Assembly (NCBI GenBank): GCA_043825735.1
Contig: JBDRRP010000009.1
Coordinates: 62,001 to 126,000 of the forward strand
Direction: 5' to 3'
Origin: Pseudomonadota bacterium
GTDB lineage: Bacteria; Desulfobacterota; Desulfobacteria; Desulfobacterales; JBDRRP01
Length of the DNA stretch: 64,000 nucleotides
Shown: one piece after another, positions 56,186 through 64,000 of the stretch
Numbering within the stretch: the first letter of the stretch is position 1
Layout: every line of letters starts with the position of its first letter
The notes under the pieces: model-generated
Seen by the model: only the letters and a program-made list of their open reading frames with translations
The model's database searches: none
Told to the model about the DNA's origin: nothing
Position numbers and translations under genes: made by a program

Positions 56186-58981
56186 TCAGGCATCGGGCGG
56201 CGCGGCCAGGGCTTTCTTGACTTTTGAAGCCAGGGTCTCCAGATCGAACGGTTTCTGGATAAACCCACTGCAACCGCGCTGCATGATCGTCTCTGCCTGC
56301 CCCTGGGCGCTGTAACCGCTGGACAGCAGAACGGGCAGATCGGGGGCAATTTGCCGGATCCGGTCAAAGGTGGCGCTGCCGCTCATGTCCGGCATGATCA
56401 TGTCCAGGATGACGAGATCGATAGGCCGGGCAGGATCGGTGCAGTACTGGATCGCCTCCAGGCCGCTGGCGGCTGTCAACACCTGATAACCGAGCGATGA
56501 GAGCATGTCACCGGTCACCTGTGCCACGATCGCTTCATCATCCACCAGCAAAATGGTCCCGGCGCCTTTGACGTCGTTGTTTATGGCGGGCAGCGCGTCG
56601 ATGTCGGATGGGCCGGGGGCCGCGGCGGGAAACCGGACGATAAACGTGGTGCCGCGGCCAGGCCGGGAGGCCACATCGACACGGCCGCCGTGGGCCGTCA
56701 CCACGCCATATACCGAAGCCAGACCGAGTCCGGTGCCGCGCCCCATTTCCTTGGTGGTGAAAAAGGGATCAAAAATTCGGGTCAGCATGTCGGCATCCAT
56801 ACCGACACCGGTGTCTGAAATCCGCAGCACCACCGCCTCCCCCAACTCCGGGTCCGTCACGGTGGCGGCTGTCTGCAGCAACAAGCGGCCGCCATCGGGC
56901 ATGGCGTCTACGGCATTGATGCACAGGTTGAACAACACCTGCTCAATCTGGGTGATGTCTGCCGTGATGGCGGGAAGATCGGGCTCCAAGACCATTTCAA
57001 TGGTCACGGCCTTGTGGGTGCGGGCAATGGTGTCGCCCACATCGCGAACGGCCCGGTTGAGATCGACAGCGCTCGGTGCATACGCCCCCTTGCGGGCATA
57101 ACCGAGCAGTTGTGCGGTCAGCCCTGCCGCGTTTTCAACGCTTTCTTCGATGCGCTCCAGGCGCTGGTAAAACGGGTGCCCATGGGAGAGTTCGCTTTTG
57201 ACGAGCGCGGCGTTGCCGCTGATGCTCATGAGCAGGTTGTTGAAGTCGTGGGCAATGCCGCCGGCCAGGGTGCCCAGCGCTTCCATTTTCTGGGCCTGAT
57301 GGAGTTTGGCCTCAAGGGCTGATTTTTCCTGTTCGGTCCTTTTTTGGGCATCGATGTCGCGCAGTACCGTCACGCGGACCGGCCGACCCTGGTATTCGCT
57401 CATCCGGCCGCAGATCTCCGCGTGGAATGTGGTGCCGTCCTTTCGTTGTGCGATGGCTTCATAGGGTAATTCATAGCCGCTGAGCATGTTGGTCCAGGCC
57501 AGTTCCTTGGATTCCGGGGCGATGATGTCGTTGACGAAGATGCCGATCAATTCGTCGTAAGTATACCCGAACATGAGGCAGGCGGTGCGGTTGGTGTCAG
57601 TGCAGTAGCCGTTTTCGGAAATGAAGATGGCCTCGAAGGTGGCATCGGAAAGCGCCCGGTATCGCTCCTCGTTCTCGCGGCGGGCCGCTTCGGCTTCTTT
57701 GCGGGTCTGGACCTCCTGGGTCAGTTCGTCATTGACCTGCTGGAGAGACGCCGTGCGCTCGGCCACCCGCAGTTCCAGATTTTCCCGTATGGTTGTCAGC
57801 GCTTTTTCCACCTGGGCACGCCTGACAATGGCCACGCTCAGCCATGCCACCAGCACGGCGAGGATGATGATGATACCTCCGACCATCCAGACCATGCGGC
57901 GGTAGGCTTCATAAAAGGAAAACGGACGGTTCAACACGACGCTGCCCACCGGCAGGCGCGACAGCGCGATACCATGGCGCTGCAGCTGCAGGTAGTCGAA
58001 GAGCATCACCGTGGGGGTGCGCGTGACGATGGGAATCGCTTCGGGGGGCGTTCCCTCCAGAATGCGCCGCATCATGAGGGCCGCTTGTTCGGCCATGAGG
58101 ACTTCACTGATGACGCTGCCGCCGACGGCCCCGTGGCCGACATCGATTTTCTTATAGGTGTAAATGGGCAGCGGGGTCGCGGTGGAGATCCGTTTCAATA
58201 CCGCAGTGCCGGTGCCGTATTGATCGCCCTTGCGGTCTTTGATGAAATTCATGTACAGGACCACGGTGGTGGGTGGCCGTGCGGCCAACTCAGCGGCCAT
58301 GGCATCGTAGCTTTCGTCGGTGGAGATGGTCAGCCGCAGTGGCGGGGGGTTGGCTGCGATCGATTTTTCAAAATCGGCCAGGCGCGTCAAGGAAGCCGGT
58401 GTACGGTCGCTGATGACGTAGAGATCCGTCGCCGCCGGGTGCAGGCGCCGGATCAATTCAATCGTGCCGGTGAAGTCCGGTGATTCCGCCACGCCGGTGA
58501 TGCGGCCTTGCCCGTTGAGTCGCTGGGGGGTGAAATCGTTCGGTGCGCAGAAGACAACGGGTGCATCCGGAAAGAGAGCCTCCCGGTTATCCAGGATGAA
58601 ATCGAGGGCGATGTCGTCGGTGGTGAGCACGCCGTCGAAAGCGGCACCGGCAAATTTTGTCTTGTAAAATGAGACGGTTGCCGCCAGACGCGCATTGACG
58701 GGATAGCGGAGGCTGTCGAGATATTCCACCGTCAGCTCAATCGGAACAGGGCTGTCGGCAATACCGCGTTCGATGCCTTCGGTCAGGCCTCGGGACCAGG
58801 GCAGCGTATCGTGGAATGAGTGGACTACCAGCAGATGGCGCGCAGTCACGGCGGGGGCCCCGGCCTCAGCGGCCATCGCCGCAACCAGTGGCTGCAGGGC
58901 CAAGACCACAGCCAAAAACCACCATCGCCGTGCACGCCACCACATATTGAACACGTTTTTCGCCATCTTATTAACCACCAC
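56186..58981 (-). CDS. Hybrid sensor histidine kinase (periplasmic ABC-substrate-binding-like sensor, PAS, HisKA, HATPase, REC)
   Basis: LVVHSFH..LPW sensor; TM helix; PAS; GTLAGGIAHDFNNLL H-box; FNLCINAVDAM, DPFFTTK, GTGLGL; ILLVDDE..LDMIMP..KPF receiver; start may be ATG 58966. Confidence 0.95.
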   Translation of the reverse strand: MVVNKMAKNVFNMWWRARRWWFLAVVLALQPLVAAMAAEAGAPAVTARHLLVVHSFHDTLPWSRGLTEGIERGIADSPVPIELTVEYLDSLRYPVNARLAATVSFYKTKFAGAAFDGVLTTDDIALDFILDNREALFPDAPVVFCAPNDFTPQRLNGQGRITGVAESPDFTGTIELIRRLHPAATDLYVISDRTPASLTRLADFEKSIAANPPPLRLTISTDESYDAMAAELAARPPTTVVLYMNFIKDRKGDQYGTGTAVLKRISTATPLPIYTYKKIDVGHGAVGGSVISEVLMAEQAALMMRRILEGTPPEAIPIVTRTPTVMLFDYLQLQRHGIALSRLPVGSVVLNRPFSFYEAYRRMVWMVGGIIIILAVLVAWLSVAIVRRAQVEKALTTIRENLELRVAERTASLQQVNDELTQEVQTRKEAEAARRENEERYRALSDATFEAIFISENGYCTDTNRTACLMFGYTYDELIGIFVNDIIAPESKELAWTNMLSGYELPYEAIAQRKDGTTFHAEICGRMSEYQGRPVRVTVLRDIDAQKRTEQEKSALEAKLHQAQKMEALGTLAGGIAHDFNNLLMSISGNAALVKSELSHGHPFYQRLERIEESVENAAGLTAQLLGYARKGAYAPSAVDLNRAVRDVGDTIARTHKAVTIEMVLEPDLPAITADITQIEQVLFNLCINAVDAMPDGGRLLLQTAATVTDPELGEAVVLRISDTGVGMDADMLTRIFDPFFTTKEMGRGTGLGLASVYGVVTAHGGRVDVASRPGRGTTFIVRFPAAAPGPSDIDALPAINNDVKGAGTILLVDDEAIVAQVTGDMLSSLGYQVLTAASGLEAIQYCTDPARPIDLVILDMIMPDMSGSATFDRIRQIAPDLPVLLSSGYSAQGQAETIMQRGCSGFIQKPFDLETLASKVKKALAAPPDA

Positions 58982-59140
58982 TAAACAAAGCTTTCGCGCC
59001 CTTTGCTATCATCGGCCATTTTTGCCGGTTGTTCAATGAAACAGGCATTTTTTTTCGGGTGACCCTTTCGTTGAGCCATTTTGGCGCACGCCGATAGCGT
59101 GGGCCAGGCTCTGTGAAACGGCGCACGGTGGATCTATCGC

Positions 59141-59986
59141 ATGACAATACGGACCCTACCGGGGGCACCCCAAGGCGGCCGTCGGTCCGGATATCATCGG
59201 CAGACTGCGCTGGAGCAGGTTTATGCCACTTACCACCGGCGATCATATGTGGTGCCGGACCCGCTGGCGTTTCTATACGACTACCCGGACTTGGCCGATA
59301 GGGAAATCGTCGGACTGATCGCATCGGCCCTGGCCTATGGCAAAGTGGCCCGGATTATGGTGAGTGTGGGCGATGTGTTGCGGCGCATGGGGCCATCCCC
59401 GGCGGATTATGTCGATCATACGCCGCCGGAGCGCATGCGCCGCCACATGGTCGGGTTCGTCCACCGGTTTGCCGATGCCGCTGCCATGGCGGCCCTTTTG
59501 GGTGCTGTCAGGTCGGTGCGATGCGAGTGCGGCGGACTGAATACCTGCTTTCACGGCGCAATCGCGCCCGAGGACGACACCGTGATTCCGGCGCTGGGCC
59601 GCTTTGTCGATTTTCTCCAGCACTTTGGCGCCGGAGGGCATCTGCTGCCCCATCCGGAAAAGGGCAGCGCCTGCAAGCGGCTGCACCTGTTTTTGCGGTG
59701 GATGGTGCGCTGCGACGACGTGGACCCCGGCGGGTGGGACGCCGTGGCGCCCGCCATGCTCATCATTCCCCTGGATGTGCACATGCACCGTATCGGACGG
59801 GCGCTGGGGTTCACCCGGCGGCGCGCCGCCGACCGGCGTACCGCCCTTGAAGTCACCGCCGGCTTTCGCGCGATCGTTCCCGAAGATCCGGTCAAATATG
59901 ATTTTTCCCTCACCCGGCTGGGCATCCGGCCCGAGTGCGATCTGGACGCGTTTCTGAGCGGGCTGACAGAGTGCGGTCGGCAATAG
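59141..59986 (+). CDS. TIGR02757 (DUF2400) family protein
   Basis: PDPL, DREI, LAYG, SACKRLHLFLRWMVR, PLDVH and DPVKYDFSL motifs. Confidence 0.88.
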   Translation: MTIRTLPGAPQGGRRSGYHRQTALEQVYATYHRRSYVVPDPLAFLYDYPDLADREIVGLIASALAYGKVARIMVSVGDVLRRMGPSPADYVDHTPPERMRRHMVGFVHRFADAAAMAALLGAVRSVRCECGGLNTCFHGAIAPEDDTVIPALGRFVDFLQHFGAGGHLLPHPEKGSACKRLHLFLRWMVRCDDVDPGGWDAVAPAMLIIPLDVHMHRIGRALGFTRRRAADRRTALEVTAGFRAIVPEDPVKYDFSLTRLGIRPECDLDAFLSGLTECGRQ

Positions 59987-59988
59987 TG

Positions 59989-60132
59989 AGTGCCCGTCCA
60001 TAAACGGCATCTTTTGGCCCCCGGCGGCGTTCTCACTCGTCTTCAATCCTCGAAATAGCAGGCTATTCCTCCGGTTGCAGACTCGTTCGGGCCTTGCCGG
60101 GAACCAAAATCTACCATTTCTGGACGGACACT
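59989..60132. mobile_element. ~144 bp MITE-like element (family E, opposite orientation)
   Basis: TIR AGTGCCCGTCCATAAA / TTTCTGGACGGACACT (14/16); internal ATCCTCGA-AATAGCAGGCTATT-CCTCCGGT and GAACCAAAATC. Confidence 0.75.
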
Positions 60133-60393
60133 ATTTAATTGCACCGGTGACCGGGAAACCACGATGAGATCGCTATTTCATGGATGACTTTCTCGGAAGC
60201 GGCATCGGTCAGCCGGATGCGCACGTCCCTGAAAAGGTTTTGACAGCAGGCACCCAAGTTTGCATGCAGAAGAATAACCGTTCTACTGCTCAAAATCCGC
60301 AGATATTCAGAATATCGGCGAATCTGGCAAACATTCTGCGGTCTGCATGACCAAGCACCACCGACGGATCTCAACAGAAATACCTCTTGGGAT

Positions 60394-60469
60394 GATAATT
60401 GGGATTGGGTGGGGGTCATCCCAATTATCTCGGTTTAGTGCGAGAAAGTTTGAATGTTAAGATGTCCCC
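60394..60469. repeat. REP-like inverted repeats with GGGGTCA/TGTCCCC ends
   Basis: Perfect 12 bp IR GATAATTGGGAT (60394-60405) / ATCCCAATTATC (60418-60429); segment 60412-60469 bounded by GGGGTCA and TGTCCCC. Confidence 0.6.
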
Positions 60470-60524
60470 AATCCCCCCCCCCCCCCGACTGGAGCTTCAT
60501 GGAGAACCGAATTGAATTTTGGCG

Positions 60525-60560
60525 TTGCCATTGTGTATGCAAGATGTATGATGAGCATAC
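60525..60560 (+). promoter_or_regulatory. vapBC promoter with overlapping palindromic operator
   Basis: TTGCCA, 16 bp spacer, TATGAT; GTATGC-N14-GCATAC inverted repeat spans the -10 box, as is typical of TA autoregulation. Confidence 0.6.
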
Positions 60561-60581
60561 TGCACACCTTTGGAGGGCGCC

Positions 60582-60785
60582 ATGCGAACCAATATTGAAA
60601 TTGACGACGAATTGTTGGCCCAAGCGTTTTCGGTTAGCCGCTTACGAACCAAAAAAGAGCTGATTCATGAAGCCCTCAAGGAGTTTATTCGTCTTAAAAA
60701 ACGTAAGGACCTCACTGAATTAGCTGGTTTTATTCAATTTCACGAAAACTATGATTATAAACAGCTCAGGGAAACGAGGGGATAA
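60582..60785 (+). CDS. vapB: VapB-family antitoxin (RHH type)
   Basis: GGAGG RBS; MRTNIEIDDELL...TKKELIHEALKEFIR...YDYKQLR. Confidence 0.9.
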   Translation: MRTNIEIDDELLAQAFSVSRLRTKKELIHEALKEFIRLKKRKDLTELAGFIQFHENYDYKQLRETRG

Positions 60786-61104
60786 AATCATCGTCTTTAG
60801 CCGGTTTATTCAACTTGAACTGCTTCAAGGCGCTAAAGACGAGCTTGAGTGGCAACGACTCGACGAGTACCTGGCCGACCAATACTATCTTGAAGCAACG
60901 GAGAACACATGGCGGAATGCCGCGCGGCTCTATTTTGAACTCAGAAGAGCGGGCACAACGGTAAGAAGTCCGATTGACTGCTGCATCGCCTGCATCGCCA
61001 TGGAGTCCCAGGCGATGCTGTTACACCGGGATCGTGATTTCGAATCGATCGCCAAAATCACGCCATTGGACAGCGAATACTTCGATCCATCGCCTGCATC
61101 GTAA
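60781..61104 (+). pseudogene. vapC: 5'-truncated VapC PIN-domain toxin
   Basis: Retains LELLQGA, RSPIDCCIA and LLHRDRDFESIA but lacks the N-terminal strand with the first catalytic Asp (xxDTSV) and has no start codon at the vapB stop. Confidence 0.7.
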
Positions 61105-61163
61105 GATACTTTCACAGAACCGATAGACGATATAACCGCATGCGAAAAAGACCGAGGAAGGTT

Positions 61164-61276
61164 AGAAACGCCCTTAAAAATTAAACTTTATTGTGAACAT
61201 TATATTTTAACGGATAAAGGGACGCCCTTAAAATTTAAATTTGGTGACATAAACTTTAAATTTTAAGGGCGTTTCT
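61164..61276. repeat. AT-rich triple repeat (two direct copies and one inverted copy)
   Basis: ACGCCCTTAAAATTTAAA 61222-61239 is perfectly inverted at 61255-61272; a third copy lies at 61164-61185. Confidence 0.85.
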
Positions 61277-61368
61277 TAAAACCCATAAAACCTGGGGTTC
61301 TGGGTCATCCGAAACGGCGGGCAATGACGGCCATGACGATGTGGTTATCGAAATTCTAAAAAGACGGC

Positions 61369-61608
61369 TCAGGCGGCCCGGCGACAACGATCAAGCACTG
61401 GGCGAAGGCGTCTGTACAAGCCAGGCAGGCGTCGCTGAAGCCACGCCATCCCTCGGGCGTAAGCGTTGGTTTTGCACGTTAGCAGGGCAACGCCGGTGCC
61501 GATGCAAATCAACCCCAGAGGAACGGGAAGGACGTAAAGCGGGATACCGACGATGATGCATAGCACCCCCGCTGTAATCCGAAGGCCGCGTCCAAATGTT
61601 TTGCGCAT
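61369..61608 (-). CDS. Small membrane protein, PGPGW-like helical hairpin
   Basis: GGAGGT RBS; 79 aa; GVLCIIVGIPLYVLPVPLGLICIGTGVALL hairpin and Arg-rich tail. Confidence 0.65.
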   Translation of the reverse strand: MRKTFGRGLRITAGVLCIIVGIPLYVLPVPLGLICIGTGVALLTCKTNAYARGMAWLQRRLPGLYRRLRPVLDRCRRAA

Positions 61609-61733
61609 CGCTTTGATTGAACCTCCATCTGCGTTCCATACGCACGGCAAACGCCTATTGGAAGGATAATCGCAGGCGATTGTTCGGAGAAGATGAGCCA
61701 GGACGGCCTCCGATAATGACTGTGTCAGCGCAG

Positions 61734-61767
61734 AAAAACCAAAGGGGTCAAAAAACCAAAGGGGTCA
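61734..61767. repeat. Tandem 17 bp direct repeat ending GGGGTCA
   Basis: AAAAACCAAAGGGGTCA x2 (61734-61750, 61751-61767). Confidence 0.85.
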
Positions 61768-62120
61768 CCTACACATTAACATTTTATCATCGGGGATCTG
61801 ATCGTGATTCAACTGAAGGGCAAGATATCTCTTTGTGACATTTTTGCGGCATAAATTACACTCTACGCCTATCATTGGTCTGTGTCGTTATCCGGTATTC
61901 GCCTGGGAATGTCTGACTCATTCCAACAGTGCCGTTTTCATTTTCACCGTGCCTTTGAATCACCTATGACTTTCGCCCCTCCTCGCACCGCACTTGCCGA
62001 TGCCGCCGATGCCGCTACACCCATTTTCTAATGTTTTTTAGTGTTTGGCCGATATCCCCAATAAATTTGACATAATTCTATTTCATCCAAGACGATCGGT
62101 TTTAGTGGGGAACTGCACAG

Positions 62121-62999
62121 ATGCCATCTCATACCATTCCCAGCGGATTATTGTTTAAGATTTTGCACTGGGTCAACACTTCTGAGATTTCGACCATTAA
62201 AAGCGTGGTCGCTAGCATCGTCGAGGTCATCAACGACCCGAACTCAAATGCCCGGGATCTAAAGAACATCGTCGAAATCGACCCGCCGTTGACGGCGCGT
62301 GTGCTGAAAATGGCCAATTCGGCCTATTACAGCCCCCGATGCCCTATCGGGGACATTCTTCAAGCGGTCATTTTTATCGGCTTCGACGCGCTTAAAGAGC
62401 TTGTCGTCAGTCAGAAGGTCTGCCTCTTATTTAAAAACACCGAAATTTTCGAAGGCTACTCAAGGACATCCTTGTGGAAACACAGCATTGCCGTAGCACT
62501 TTTGGCCAAAATGATCTGCAGGCGCGAATTTGGCGATAAGGGGCAGGTCGCTTATGTGGCCGGCCTTCTTCATGAAATCGGAATCATTATCGAAGAGCAG
62601 ATGCTCCAGTCCGAATTTCACAGCACCCTTTCGTTTTCACGGGAAAAGAGGATCAATCTGTTTCAGGCCGAACAGAAATTGCTCGGCATCAACCACGCAG
62701 CCATCGGAAAGGCGGTCGTGGAGGACTGGAGTCTCCCTCCGGCGCTGGCGGCTGTCATCGGATACCATCACCACCCGGAGTCTGCACCTCTCGACCATCG
62801 CGATCTGATCGCCATCGTCTATGTGGCGGACACCATCTGCCAGCGAAACCAGATCGGGTACAGCGATGCCCCTCACACCGAGTTAGGAACATTTAACCGT
62901 TGTCTGAGGCATCTTAACATTACACAGGATTCATTGGACCTGATCCTGCCCGATGTCATCAACAGCGTCGATGAGATGGAGCGCCAGGGACTATTCTGA
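62121..62999 (+). CDS. HDOD-domain signalling protein
   Basis: DPPLTARVLKMANSAYY, LWKHS, AGLLHEIG, HAAIG..W.LP and YHHHP motifs. Confidence 0.92.
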   Translation: MPSHTIPSGLLFKILHWVNTSEISTIKSVVASIVEVINDPNSNARDLKNIVEIDPPLTARVLKMANSAYYSPRCPIGDILQAVIFIGFDALKELVVSQKVCLLFKNTEIFEGYSRTSLWKHSIAVALLAKMICRREFGDKGQVAYVAGLLHEIGIIIEEQMLQSEFHSTLSFSREKRINLFQAEQKLLGINHAAIGKAVVEDWSLPPALAAVIGYHHHPESAPLDHRDLIAIVYVADTICQRNQIGYSDAPHTELGTFNRCLRHLNITQDSLDLILPDVINSVDEMERQGLF

Positions 63000-63000
63000 T

Positions 63001-64000
63001 ATGGGCACGCAATCAAAAAACATGTCTGACAAGAATCGTATCGCCTGTCTGGAGACCAGGATCCGGCACCTGTCCAATGAGCTTCGACTGACAAAAGAGG
63101 AGTATGAAACCTCGCAGCAAAGCCTGTTCGATATTTTTTCGAATATGGAGCGTCAAGTTCAGGAACGAACCCGTGATATCAAGGCATTGAAGAAGGTGCT
63201 GGAACTAAAGGGCCGTGAGCTTCAGCTCATGCTCGATTCGGCGCCGGGGATGATTTTTTATAAAGATGTCGCGCAGCGGTATATCCGCGTAAACTGGAAG
63301 TTTGCCGAATGCTTGGGCATTCCCATCCCCCAGGTGTCAGGTAAAACCCATGGCGAGCTGTTTCCAGATGGTACGGCGGAAATCCTATCGGGCGACAGCG
63401 AGGTCATTAGCACGGGCGAACCTGTTTTGAACCGCACCGGCATAGTGAAAACCGTGCAGGGCCAGATGCCTGTGCTAGTCAACATGATCCCGCACAAAGA
63501 CATTGATGGCAATGTTATCGGGATAGTGGGCTTTACGACCGATCTCACCGATTTGCGGCGCGCCGAAGAGGAAAAGGAAAACCTTATATCCCGTATCGCC
63601 CGGGCGGAGAAAATGGAGTCAATCGGGACGCTGGCCGGCGGCATCGCCCACGATTTCAACAATCTGCTATTCGCCATCCAGGGCAACGTCTCCTTGATTC
63701 AGCTCGCTGTTGAAAGCAAGTCGATAGAGGCCGGGTATTTGGACAGTATTGCGGAACTGGTCCAAAGCGGCGCCAGCCTGACCCGACAACTGTTAGGTTT
63801 CGCACGCGCCGGCAAATACGAAGCCAAACCCACCGATCTGAACCGGACCGTGAAAGTCATTTTGGAAATGTTCTCAAGAACGCGAAAAGACATCACCATC
63901 CACAAGGATTTTGAGCAAGGCAACTGCATCGCAAACATCGATCGCGGACAGATAGAACAGGTGATGCTCAATATATTCGTCAACGCCTCCCATGCCATGC
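63001..64000 (+). CDS. PAS-domain sensor histidine kinase (partial; runs off the window end)
   Basis: Open frame from ATG 63001 (MGTQSKNMSDK); PAS MLDSAPGMIFYKD; H-box AEKMESIGTLAGGIAHDFNNLL; IEQVMLNIFVNA at the edge; absent from the ORF track because there is no stop codon. Confidence 0.9.
   Translation, partial: MGTQSKNMSDKNRIACLETRIRHLSNELRLTKEEYETSQQSLFDIFSNMERQVQERTRDIKALKKVLELKGRELQLMLDSAPGMIFYKDVAQRYIRVNWKFAECLGIPIPQVSGKTHGELFPDGTAEILSGDSEVISTGEPVLNRTGIVKTVQGQMPVLVNMIPHKDIDGNVIGIVGFTTDLTDLRRAEEEKENLISRIARAEKMESIGTLAGGIAHDFNNLLFAIQGNVSLIQLAVESKSIEAGYLDSIAELVQSGASLTRQLLGFARAGKYEAKPTDLNRTVKVILEMFSRTRKDITIHKDFEQGNCIANIDRGQIEQVMLNIFVNASHAM

Noticed and set aside
60751..60785. MIINSS as the true VapC start, mimicking MIIDTS
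   Set aside because: It arises from vapB's YDYKQL codons in another frame, lacks the Asp and an RBS, and leaves the domain too short before the ELLQG helix.

Overview
This is a GC-rich chromosomal window, most likely from a sulfate-reducing Desulfobacterota (Desulfobacterales-like) bacterium. That assignment is inferred from a complete qrcABCD operon, system II cytochrome c maturation genes and the style of the intergenic repeats. Most of the window is housekeeping: an RND pump; an MTA/purine salvage cluster (mtnA, mtnP, apt, mtaD, PNP, Zn-dehydrogenase); a four-lipoprotein cluster (LpoB-like, COG3014, two LPP20); parAB; a second EF-G; tRNA-Ala(GGC); ppiD; resB/ccsA/qrcABCD; murA; comEC; two sensor kinases; and a damaged vapBC. 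I saw no CRISPR array, rRNA, integrase or intact transposase. The strongest candidates for something undescribed are: (1) an operon of HydC-like, DRTGG and HydB-like (bifurcating-type) genes whose third subunit is a membrane-anchored RnfB-GltD fusion instead of a HydA/NuoG protein, followed by RseC; (2) nested palindromic intergenic mini-elements built from 7-mers repeated every 8-10 nt; (3) a stand-alone class III nucleotidyl cyclase whose two base-selecting residues appear charge-swapped; (4) a 53-aa membrane ORF, missing from the ORF track, that closes the qrc operon; and (5) an IspH-UbiA-like prenyltransferase fusion. All family calls come from motif recognition by eye; no database searches were run. 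Start codons were adjusted by eye using RBS position.
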